24,000 bases of DNA from NCBI GenBank assembly GCA_016210925.1, contig JACQTF010000082.1:10002-34001 (forward strand), written 5' to 3'. A program made the position numbers and the translations under genes. The notes below the pieces were generated by a model. It saw only the letters and a list, made by a program, of their open reading frames with translations, ran no database searches and was not told the DNA's origin. This document shows, in pieces, positions 1 through 7,570 of this stretch. Source of the DNA: Acidobacteriota bacterium. GTDB lineage: Bacteria; Acidobacteriota; UBA6911; JACQTF01. How positions within the stretch are numbered: the first letter of the stretch is position 1; each line of letters opens with the position of its first letter.

Positions 1-200
1 AGCCAACAACCTGACCCCAACCTGGAACCGGGCCGACGGACCGAAGCAGACCGCATCAGGCTGAAACTTCCGTCGCTCAGGAGCCTCCAGGACCATCTGC
101 TCACCAGCAATCTCCACCCGATGACATCCCAGAAGTCCCCCTGCGAAGTGGCTGTCCCGCACGGCGAGTCTTTCCCTGAACGAGTCCGCCCTGGACGGCT
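1..200 (+). pseudogene. Usp-domain-like remnant, or the 3' end of an upstream gene, with no in-frame stop before otsA
   Basis: Frame 1 is open from nt 1. Its translation ...KLPSLRSLQDHLLTSNLHPMTSQKSPCEVAVPHGE parallels ...KHPSFLERFFSSVIDSVIQRSPCEVAVLHGD in the first Usp domain of the permease at 11456..13750. Nt 137-189 align colinearly with 13237-13289, about 39/53 identical by hand count (26/30 in the core). The frame then runs out of frame into otsA, giving the junk Arg/Gly-rich ORF 121..627. Confidence 0.35.
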
Positions 201-241
201 CATGCACCATAGTCTTGCGTACAGTATGGTATCCTCCAACC

Positions 242-1726
242 ATGAGAGCTGCCGTGGGACGCGCCCAGGGGCGTCGGGGACTGATCGTGGCTTCGTTCCG
301 AAGCCCGTACAACTTTCGCCTCACGGCCGGCGGATGGGTGTCCGAACGAACTGTCGGAGGGTTGGTTTCGGCCCTGGAACCGGTGCTCAAACAATGGGGT
401 GGAACGTGGGTTGCGGTTCGCAGCAGCGAGCACGCCGACCTGCCGGCGCACCTGGACGTTCCGCTGGAGCAGCCTTCCTTTCGTCTGGTCTGGGTGGGTC
501 TGAAGGAACGAGAAGTCAGCCATTTCTACCACGGGTTCTCCAATCGGGTGCTCTGGCCCCTGTGTCACGATTTCTGGGAGCGGTGCCACTTTCGGCAGGA
601 TTACTGGCGAGATTATCTGGGGGCTAACGCCCGCATGGCTCAGTCCCTGGGAAAGGCCTCAGCGCCGGGCGATTGGATCTGGGTCCACGATTACCATCTG
701 GCGCTGGTGCCCCACATGCTGAGAAAGCTTTTGCCCAAATCCCGCGTGGCGCTCTTCTGGCACATTCCGTTTCCTCCGGCGGAGATTTTCGGTCTGCTGC
801 CCTGGCGGCGGCATCTCCTGCGAGGACTTCTGGGAGCGGATGGGGTCGCCTTTCACGTTCCGCTCTGGAAGAATCATTTCCTGGAGACGGTGTCGCGATA
901 CTTGCCGGGTGCGGAAGTCGACCCGGATGCCGGACGAGTCCTTTATGAGGGGCGGCAGACCTGGGTGGAAGCCATCCCCATCGGGATCGATGTGCAAAGC
1001 TATCAGCCCACGGCGGAACACGTGCGTCGCTCGCTGCAGCTCCGCCGGGGGCTCCGGAAGCGCCAGGTCATCCTGGGGGTGGACCGGCTGGATTACACCA
1101 AGGGCATTGTTCAGCGACTGGAGGCGTTCGGTCGGTTTCTGCAGTTGTATCCGGAGTTCAAGCGTCGCGTGGTTTTTGTCCAAATTGCCGTCCCCAGCAG
1201 AACGAGGGTCCCCGAGTACGTGGAGATGACCCGCTCCATCGAGGGAACGGTGGGGCGGATCAACGGGCAGTTCACCACCGAGGATTGGGTTCCGATTCGC
1301 TACATCTATCGCAGCCTGCCCACCTCCGAGCTGATTCCCTATTATCTGGTGGCCGACGTGGCCCTGGTCTCACCCCTCCGGGATGGCATGAACCTGGTGG
1401 CCAAGGAATATGTGGCCGCCAACGCTGAAGGGAAGGGAGTCCTCATCCTGAGCGAGTTTGCAGGTGCTGCCCAGGACTTGAAGGAGGCCCTGCTGGTCAA
1501 TCCCCTCAACGTGGAGGAGGTGGCCCACACGTTGGGGCTGGCTCTCCGGATGAAGCTGGCCGAGAAGGCGGAGCGGATGGCGCGCCTTCGGGAACGGGTC
1601 CTGAGGCGCGATGTTTTCTGGTGGGTGGAGCAGAACCTCGGGTTGCTGTCCCGGGAAGGAAGAAGCGCAGCCTCGGCCCCCGTTCCACGAGGTGCCGCCG
1701 ATGGTAGCCCATCTAGGGGGGCATGA
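242..1726 (+). CDS. otsA: Alpha,alpha-trehalose-phosphate synthase (GT20 family, OtsA)
   Basis: GT20 signature stretches are present: RVLWPLCHD, WVHDYHLALVP, FWHIPFP, LGVDRLDYTKGI, SPLRDGMNLVAKEY. The ORF track starts at TTG 215; I prefer ATG 242 (MRAAVGRAQGRRGLIVASFRSPY). The stop TGA 1724-1726 overlaps the otsB ATG (ATGA). Confidence 0.92.
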   Translation: MRAAVGRAQGRRGLIVASFRSPYNFRLTAGGWVSERTVGGLVSALEPVLKQWGGTWVAVRSSEHADLPAHLDVPLEQPSFRLVWVGLKEREVSHFYHGFSNRVLWPLCHDFWERCHFRQDYWRDYLGANARMAQSLGKASAPGDWIWVHDYHLALVPHMLRKLLPKSRVALFWHIPFPPAEIFGLLPWRRHLLRGLLGADGVAFHVPLWKNHFLETVSRYLPGAEVDPDAGRVLYEGRQTWVEAIPIGIDVQSYQPTAEHVRRSLQLRRGLRKRQVILGVDRLDYTKGIVQRLEAFGRFLQLYPEFKRRVVFVQIAVPSRTRVPEYVEMTRSIEGTVGRINGQFTTEDWVPIRYIYRSLPTSELIPYYLVADVALVSPLRDGMNLVAKEYVAANAEGKGVLILSEFAGAAQDLKEALLVNPLNVEEVAHTLGLALRMKLAEKAERMARLRERVLRRDVFWWVEQNLGLLSREGRSAASAPVPRGAADGSPSRGA

Positions 1727-2526
1727 GAGGGCGAGCCATGGATCCCTCCCAAGGACCGCGTGGGCAACTGATGGCTCCTGAGGTCCTGGCGGGCGCCTTG
1801 AAGGCACGGCGGCTTTTTTTGTTTCTGGACTATGATGGGACGTTGATGCCCTTTTCCGGCGATCCGGGTCGCGTGGTTCCCGACGGCGAACTCTTGGGGT
1901 TGTTGGCAGCACTTCTCCAGAAGCCTGGCTGGAAAGTCGGTATCGTCAGCGGGCGCGCTCTCGAGGACCTCCGGCGCCTGTTTCCGGTTTCGGGATTTTT
2001 CCTGGTGGGGTCGCACGGGGCAGAGATTCAAGACGGGCAGGGCCAGGTCTTGCGCTCGGATGATCCAGCAGAGTTCCGACGGTTGCTGGGTGGGATTCGG
2101 GAGGCCCTGAAGGACGTGGATCTGGGCGAAGGGGTCTTGCTGGAAGAGAAGCCTTACGCCCTGGCGCTTCACTATCGTCAGGCTCCGGAGGGGTTGCCAT
2201 CAGAATCCCTGGACGCATTTCGCCGGGCGTGCCAGCCAGCGGTGGAGAGGGGGATTCTTCAGTGGCTCTGGGGTGATCAGGTGGTGGAGGTGCGGACCGC
2301 CCGTGCCCACAAGGGAACGGCGGTGGATCAGATCCTGGCGCAGCAGCCACCGGGCGTTCACCCGGTGTACCTGGGCGACGACGCCACGGACGAGGATGCC
2401 TTTCGAGCCCTTCAGGGAAGGGGAACCACTGTGCGGGTGGGGGCCGAAGATCGGGCCACGCAGGCCCGATACCAGTTTCGAAATGTCTCCGAGGTGCGTC
2501 GATTCTTGAAGGCCGTGGTGGATTGA
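1723..2526 (+). CDS. otsB: Trehalose-6-phosphate phosphatase (HAD-IIB, OtsB)
   Basis: HAD motif I is LFLDYDGTLMPF, motif II GIVSGR, motif IV YLGDDATDEDAF. There is an ATGA overlap with otsA, and the gene order is the classical otsA-otsB order. Confidence 0.9.
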   Translation: MRGRAMDPSQGPRGQLMAPEVLAGALKARRLFLFLDYDGTLMPFSGDPGRVVPDGELLGLLAALLQKPGWKVGIVSGRALEDLRRLFPVSGFFLVGSHGAEIQDGQGQVLRSDDPAEFRRLLGGIREALKDVDLGEGVLLEEKPYALALHYRQAPEGLPSESLDAFRRACQPAVERGILQWLWGDQVVEVRTARAHKGTAVDQILAQQPPGVHPVYLGDDATDEDAFRALQGRGTTVRVGAEDRATQARYQFRNVSEVRRFLKAVVD

Positions 2527-3230
2527 TGGGGTACTCCGGGGCCGCTGTTCCGCTGCCATGGGAGAGGAGGATGGAGACCAGGTTCGTCTTCTACGGTGAG
2601 GCCGGGCTTCCCGTGTACGCCAATTTCCGAGCTGACGGTCTCCGCTCGCTTCTGAAGGGAATCGAGACGGTGAGCGGATCGTCCATCTATTATCATTTCC
2701 ACCACGCGCTGTTTCGCCGGCACTTCATCACTTCGGACTACCTGAACGATTTTGCCCGGTGGGTTTGGCTCCATCTCAACGAGCCCAGCCTGGCGGAAAA
2801 ACTCGCCAGTCTCGATCCCGTCGACTATGGCACCGTTCGAGAAGCTCGTGAGGCATTGTGGCGACTGATTCGGGAGGCCGTGGGCGCCAGCGAGTCGGTC
2901 TTCCGGGTCCCCGAGGGTGAGGAATTCTATTTCTCGGAGCTCAGGAGCTTCGTTTACCCCGTGGGGTTGGAGGCCACAGACCTGGAGAGCTTCGGCCGTG
3001 TCCTGGACCAGGTGCCCGACGGGTCCCTCTTGTATCACTTCATTGCAGCAGCGGCGCGCCTGGGTCACCCTCGCAACGATTTCTCTCTGTGGTTGGAATT
3101 CTTGGGGGAAGAGGAGCTGGCCAGGCAGTTCGATCGCGTAAGCCCTTACGCGTACAACCTCCATCAGCTCCGTGCCCGAATGGTGGAGCTGATCCGGGCC
3201 AGGTTGGACCATGTCCGCGACGCTGGGTGA
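2526..3230 (+). CDS. Conserved hypothetical protein built from two tandem homologous ~100-aa halves, function unknown
   Basis: The reading frame is clean and non-repetitive. ATG 2526 shares one nt with the otsB stop (TGATG). An alternative start is ATG 2571, directly after GGAGAGGAGG. The 3' end overlaps the next gene by 20 nt. The internal duplication is visible by eye (details in findings). It may correspond to a catalogued DUF family, which I cannot verify here. Confidence 0.7.
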   Translation: MGYSGAAVPLPWERRMETRFVFYGEAGLPVYANFRADGLRSLLKGIETVSGSSIYYHFHHALFRRHFITSDYLNDFARWVWLHLNEPSLAEKLASLDPVDYGTVREAREALWRLIREAVGASESVFRVPEGEEFYFSELRSFVYPVGLEATDLESFGRVLDQVPDGSLLYHFIAAAARLGHPRNDFSLWLEFLGEEELARQFDRVSPYAYNLHQLRARMVELIRARLDHVRDAG

Positions 3231-4449
3231 CTACGTCGAGTGGCTGGGTCAAGGGGAGATCCGGGAGATCGAGCGCCTCGCGGGATTTCTCGGACCGCTG
3301 CGGGTCCAGCACATCAACTCCACCGCGGAAGGCGGTGGCGTGGCGGAGATCCTTCACCGGCTCATCCCTCTCAAGAAAGAAGTGGGCCTGCACCCCCAGT
3401 GGACCGTCATAGAAGGAGAGCAGGCCTTCTTCGACGCCACCAAGGCGTTTCACAACGCCCTCCACGGGCGCCGCACCGAAATCTCTCGGGAGGCGTTCCA
3501 TGTGTTCCGGGAGACGGGGAAGAAGAACCTGAACAAAGTCCAGCGGGATGCGGACGTGGTGGTGATCCACGACCCCCAGCCGCTGCCCCTGGTGGAGGCC
3601 CGGGACCAAACCCGGGCGCGGTGGGTCTGGCGCTGCCACATCGATCTCTCCGAAGCAGATCCCCGGGTCTGGGGGTTTTTGCGGGGTTTTGTGGAGCGTT
3701 TTGACGCCGCCATCTTTCACCTGCCCGAATATACCCAGCACGTGGGGATCGACCAGTACTTGCTCATGCCGGCCATCGACCCTCTGAGCGAAAAGAATCG
3801 AGACCTTCCCTCGGGGGAAGTTCAAAAGGTGCTGGAGCGCTTTTCCGTCGATCCCGAGCGACCGATCCTCCTCCAGGTTTCCCGCTTCGACTACCTGAAA
3901 GATCCGCTGGGCGTTCTGGAAGCCTACCGAAAGGTGAAGCGGTGGGCGGATTGCCAGCTGGTCCTGGCCGGCGGCGGGGCCAGCGATGACCCCGAGGGGG
4001 AGCGCGTCTACCGGGAGGTACTGTCGCGGGTCGATGATGCTGACGTGCACGTGCTCCAGCTTCCGCCCGACAGCCATCGGGAGATCAACGCCCTGCAGCG
4101 GGCGGCCACCATCGTCATTCAGAAGTCCATCAAGGAAGGATTCGGCCTGGTAGTGACGGAAGCCATGTGGAAGGGAAAACCGGTTATCGGTGGCAATGTG
4201 GGAGGGATCCGACGGCAGGTTCTGCACGGTGTCACGGGGTTCCTTGTGAATACGGTGGAAGGTGCCGCCTTTCGGATTCGCCAATTGCTCAGCGATCCGG
4301 TGCTTCGCCAGCGGATGGGAGAACAGGCGCGCGAACTGGTTCGCAGTCGGTTCTTGCTGCCCCACTACCTCCGCAACTGGCTCCTGGTGCTCCTGGCCCT
4401 GCGCAACCCGGGGCGGGGCGTCTTTCGCCTGGGCCTGCCCGCCGACTGA
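3211..4449 (+). CDS. GT4-family glycosyltransferase of the TreT / trehalose synthase-like subgroup
   Basis: The N-terminal region DYVEWLG...LRVQHINSTAEGGGVAEILHRLIPL...FFDATKAFHNALHG matches my recollection of archaeal and bacterial TreT-type enzymes. The C-terminal GT-B motif is SIKEGFGLVVTEAMWKGKPVIGGNVGGI. The start overlaps the preceding gene. Confidence 0.85.
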   Translation: MSATLGDYVEWLGQGEIREIERLAGFLGPLRVQHINSTAEGGGVAEILHRLIPLKKEVGLHPQWTVIEGEQAFFDATKAFHNALHGRRTEISREAFHVFRETGKKNLNKVQRDADVVVIHDPQPLPLVEARDQTRARWVWRCHIDLSEADPRVWGFLRGFVERFDAAIFHLPEYTQHVGIDQYLLMPAIDPLSEKNRDLPSGEVQKVLERFSVDPERPILLQVSRFDYLKDPLGVLEAYRKVKRWADCQLVLAGGGASDDPEGERVYREVLSRVDDADVHVLQLPPDSHREINALQRAATIVIQKSIKEGFGLVVTEAMWKGKPVIGGNVGGIRRQVLHGVTGFLVNTVEGAAFRIRQLLSDPVLRQRMGEQARELVRSRFLLPHYLRNWLLVLLALRNPGRGVFRLGLPAD

Positions 4450-4496
4450 TGGGTGGCGCTGATCCGGCCATCCACCAGCTGCTGGCCGCGGCTTCG

Positions 4497-4895
4497 CTAG
4501 AAAACCACGTGACCCTGGAGAGGTTGCTGGTGCCGGCCGTTCTGGCGGTGGCGGCAGCTTTTCACCTTCCAGTGCAATAGTCCCTGACGCATATACTTCG
4601 GATTGAGCCCTAAAGCTGTGCAGATATTTTGGAAGGAAAACGGCCAACGGCTGTTCTCCTCCAGGATCCAGTCCTCTGCGTCACGAAACATCCTTTTCCC
4701 TGCGTCGGTTCGAGCGTGAATATGCTTCTGGAAACACGCAACGGCATCTTCCAACACTGCTAACATGAGTCTCTTTTCCGGCTCTGTGTGATCGTCTCTG
4801 CGAAAGGTCTCAATCTGCCGTGCAGCAAGGAGGTTGCCCACATGCAAAATGGAAGCGACCTTCGCGCCTCTGAGGCTTGCCAAGGCTTTAGCCAC
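4497..4895 (-). CDS. Small hypothetical protein (133 aa) in a lower-GC islet
   Basis: The minus-strand ORF is 4497..4937. The best start is GTG at 4895, preceded by AAAGGAGGG with a 6-nt spacer. The core EKRLMLAVLEDAVACFQKHIH...AEDWILEENSRWPFSFQNICTALGLNPKYMRQGLLHW looks like a genuine folded small protein. I recognise no family. The gene is convergent with the GT4 gene. Confidence 0.5.
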   Translation of the reverse strand: MAKALASLRGAKVASILHVGNLLAARQIETFRRDDHTEPEKRLMLAVLEDAVACFQKHIHARTDAGKRMFRDAEDWILEENSRWPFSFQNICTALGLNPKYMRQGLLHWKVKSCRHRQNGRHQQPLQGHVVF

Positions 4896-5274
4896 ATCTA
4901 CCCTCCTTTCGGGTGCGGACCAAGTCAGGCAACACATCCGACCCTAGAACAAAAGACGCCGCAACGCAGAGTTTGTTTCAGAATTTCAGCTCCCCGGTCA
5001 CGTCTCAGGCGGCCGGGTCGCATGCTCCGCGAAATAGCCGTTTCTGGAAGGTCTCCTGCGGCTGCTACACTCTGACGTGTGCGTGCCACGATGGATGGGC
5101 GCGCGAGTCGGGCCGAGGTCCAGTAGTATCCAGGATGGGAGGCGATCGAGAATCGGCGTACGGGTCTCCGGGGGGGGTGGCTCCGCGCTGTCCGCCCTGG
5201 GCTGGACTGGACTCCGGCACGGTCCTCTGGAACAATGAAGGCTCCCGGTCGGTGGTCATCGAGGCCTGAAACGG

Positions 5275-5530
5275 CACGGAAAGCCCTGGGTGCGGATCCC
5301 GGCAGCAGCGGGAGTGGCTCGCGTCTCCGATGTTGGGCTCGTCACGCGGACGCTGTCGCGGGTGGGTGCCTGGGAGCCGTCTCAATGATGCCATCGAAGC
5401 CAGCTTCTGTCCAAAGGAGATCTAGTCCAGGTCCGGTAGCGGGAGTTGCACATCGGATCGGCCAATGGATGGACCTGCGCGCTCTCCCAGGTCTCGATGC
5501 CGAACATGGGCGCCGGGCGGCAGGGAGACG
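5275..5530 (+). pseudogene. Decayed copy of the 3' third of an MscS-family gene, paralogous to 8096..8482
   Basis: Nucleotide similarity to 8096-8475 is clear. The first 25 nt, cacggaaagccctgggtgcggatcc, are identical, and identity is about 70% over the next ~80 nt by hand. Translations match in pieces: GKPWVRIPAAAGVARVSDVGLVTRTL vs GKPWVRIRVPVGVAYGTDVQLVTRTL; SRLNDAIEASF vs SRLNYAIEASF; LHIGSANGWTCALSQVS vs LHIKSADGLAGALSHVS. These pieces lie in different frames with in-frame stops, and about 120 nt are deleted relative to ~8191-8310. Weaker similarity may extend upstream to ~5130. Confidence 0.75.
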
Positions 5531-5586
5531 CCCAGGTGGGTTACTATGCAAGAAGATCCGCGCCCGGGATCGCGGGAGGAAATGGC

Positions 5587-7356
5587 ATGACGTTGGAGAT
5601 TCTGCTGGTGCTGGTTCTTCTGGCCGTGGTCGCCACCCTGTTCGCGCTGGAGTGGCTTTCCGTGGACGTGGTGACGCTGTTGCTCCTGGTGGTGCTGGTG
5701 ATCTCGGGCGTCCTCACCCCTGAAGAGGCGTTTTCCGGGTTTGCCAACGACATCATCATCATCCTGGCCTCGGTCTTCGTCCTGTCCGGCGCCTTCGTGA
5801 AAACCGGCGTCATGGACTGGCTCGGCACGGCCATCAACGAATGGTCCGGGGGCAGTCGGGCCAAGGTCTTGCTGTTTGTGATGACGATCACCGCCGCCGT
5901 CTCCGCTTTCATGAACAACACCACCACCACGGCCATCTTTATGCCAGCCGTGTTCGGGCTGTGCAAGAGGAGTCACCTCCGTGCCAGCCAGTTGCTCATC
6001 CCTCTGGCCTTTGCCTCCATGTTGGGAGGAAGCTGTACGCTGATTGGAACCTCGACCAACGTGGCGGCCAGCGGCTTTCTCCACCGGAGCAAACTTCAGC
6101 CGTTCTCCTTGTTTGAGTTCCTTCCCGTGGGCTTGACGGTGGTCGTGGCCGGGACCATCTACATGTCTCTGTTGGGTTATCGGCTGCTGCCAAAGATGAG
6201 AGAAGCCAGCTACACGGACGACTATCAGATCAGGGAGTATCTCTCCGAGATTTTGATTCCCGAGGGCTCTGCCGTGGCGGGAGAAGTGATTGAAGACACG
6301 CCGCTGGCGAAAATGGATCTCGCGGTGCTGGAGATCATCCGGGGGGACCTCAGGCTCTACCCCGAGCCCGACACGCCCCTGAGAGAGGGAGACATCCTGA
6401 TTGTGGAGGGCACTCGAGACAGTTTGCTGCGGGTGAAGGAAGTTTCAGGCATTGAGATCAAGGCGGATGTCCAGTTGGGGGACAAGGATTTGATCACCGA
6501 CACCATCAAGGTCGCGGAAGCCATCGTCATGCCGCAGTCCAACCTGATCGACAGGACCTTGAAGGAGCTCAGTTTCCGGCAACGGTTTGGAGTCTCGGTG
6601 CTGGCCATCTACCGGAAGGGGCATGCCCTGGCTGCCAAGCTGGCAAGCCTGCGCTTGCGGGTGGGGGATGTCCTGTTGCTGCAGGGGCGCGCAAAACAGT
6701 TCGAGTCTATTGCGGGCAATCCCGACTTGTGGGTCCTCGAGGAGATGGTTCACGTGCCCTTCCGGAGGCAAAAGGGCGTCTATGCCATTGTGGTGCTGTT
6801 GATGGCAGTCACGGCGGGAGGGTTCAAGCTGCTCCCGTTGTCCATTGCCTTTCTGTTGGCTGCCCTGGCTGCCGTGCTGTGGAAGTGCATCACCACGGAG
6901 GAGGCCTATGGTTTTGTGGACTGGCGCCTGCTGATCTTGATCGGAGGGATGACGACCTTTGGCCTGGCCATGGAAAAAACCAAAGCGGCCGAATTTGTGG
7001 CGAGCTGGATCCTCCATTGGACACTGCCCTTTGGCGTCTACTTCATTCTGGCGGGTTTCTTTCTCATGACCGTCCTGCTCACCCAACCCATGTCCAACGC
7101 GGCCGCAGTCCTGGTGATCCTGCCGGTGGCTCTCAGCACCGCCCGTCAGCTGGATGTGAATCCTCGCACCTTTGCCGTTTTGGTGACCCTTGCCGCGTCC
7201 CTGTCTTTCATCACGCCCTTCGAGCCCGCCCTCCTGTTGGTCTACGGGCCCGGCAAGTACCGGTTTCGCGACTTCGTCATCAACGGCTTGCCGTTGACCC
7301 TGATCGCGTTCGTCATCGTGATGGTGATCGTGCCCCTGTGGTGGCCGTTGAGGTGA
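5587..7356 (+). CDS. SLC13/DASS-family anion permease with two central TrkA-C (RCK_C) domains
   Basis: The N-terminal segment EWLSVDVVTLLLLVVLVISGVLTPEEAFSGFANDIIIILASVFVLSGA is typical. Two TrkA-C-like segments are present: EILIPEGSAVAGEVIEDTPLA...GDILIVEGTRDSL and AEAIVMPQSNLIDRTLKEL...VGDVLLLQGRAKQF. A C-terminal transporter repeat follows. I chose ATG 5587 (GGGAGG 8 nt upstream) over the track start at 5446, because the upstream in-frame extension is the tail of the MscS remnant. Confidence 0.9.
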   Translation: MTLEILLVLVLLAVVATLFALEWLSVDVVTLLLLVVLVISGVLTPEEAFSGFANDIIIILASVFVLSGAFVKTGVMDWLGTAINEWSGGSRAKVLLFVMTITAAVSAFMNNTTTTAIFMPAVFGLCKRSHLRASQLLIPLAFASMLGGSCTLIGTSTNVAASGFLHRSKLQPFSLFEFLPVGLTVVVAGTIYMSLLGYRLLPKMREASYTDDYQIREYLSEILIPEGSAVAGEVIEDTPLAKMDLAVLEIIRGDLRLYPEPDTPLREGDILIVEGTRDSLLRVKEVSGIEIKADVQLGDKDLITDTIKVAEAIVMPQSNLIDRTLKELSFRQRFGVSVLAIYRKGHALAAKLASLRLRVGDVLLLQGRAKQFESIAGNPDLWVLEEMVHVPFRRQKGVYAIVVLLMAVTAGGFKLLPLSIAFLLAALAAVLWKCITTEEAYGFVDWRLLILIGGMTTFGLAMEKTKAAEFVASWILHWTLPFGVYFILAGFFLMTVLLTQPMSNAAAVLVILPVALSTARQLDVNPRTFAVLVTLAASLSFITPFEPALLLVYGPGKYRFRDFVINGLPLTLIAFVIVMVIVPLWWPLR

Positions 7357-7386
7357 CCGGCGAGGCAAGACCATCGCTGGGCAACG

Positions 7387-7530
7387 CTAGGCGATGGGAT
7401 GGGTTGGGCCGTGGCTTTGGATTCTCGCATCGGGTGCCAGCAGGACCTTGTACCATTCCTTGGAGAACTCCTGCGCCAAGCGGGATCGGAACGGTTCCGA
7501 ATCTTGGACGAAACGTACCTTTTCAGCCAT
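7387..7530 (-). CDS. Possible small protein (47 aa) divergent from the mscS gene
   Basis: ATG at 7530 is preceded by GGAGG with a 5-nt spacer. The product is MAEKVRFVQDSEPFRSRLAQEFSKEWYKVLLAPDARIQSHGPTHPIA. By hand count 32 of 47 codons end in G or C. It occupies the 214-nt gap between the permease and mscS. No family is recognised. Confidence 0.3.
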   Translation of the reverse strand: MAEKVRFVQDSEPFRSRLAQEFSKEWYKVLLAPDARIQSHGPTHPIA

Positions 7531-7570
7531 GGTTCCTCCGTGGCCGGTCAAGAGGAGTGAGGGAAGAGTC

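Noticed and set aside
1-210. Edge-truncated minus-strand ORF (MVHEPSRADSFRERLAVRDSHFAGG...) divergent from otsA
   Set aside because: It would leave only ~30 nt for two divergent promoters. The plus-strand frame over the same bases shows colinear similarity to a Usp domain elsewhere in the window, which explains the open frames better.
121-627. 168-aa plus-strand ORF overlapping the otsA 5' region
   Set aside because: After the Usp-like residues it becomes Arg/Gly/Ala junk in the wrong frame of otsA. I treat it as read-through of a remnant and not as a gene.
3040-4647. 535-aa minus-strand ORF covering the GT4 gene
   Set aside because: It is antisense to a motif-supported gene and its product is Pro/Arg/Gly-rich and low in complexity. 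This is a typical shadow ORF of high-GC DNA.
5446-5586. N-terminal extension of the SLC13 permease proposed by the ORF track (TTG 5446)
   Set aside because: The extension is homologous to the C-terminal tail of MscS (LHIGSANGW... vs LHIKSADGL...). The permease consensus N-terminus begins at ATG 5587, which has its own SD.
6445-7374. 309-aa minus-strand ORF, plus the plus-strand ORF 6729..7574, inside the SLC13 permease
   Set aside because: Both are shadow or alternative-frame ORFs rich in His/Gln/Gly/Arg, and the permease frame is unambiguous.
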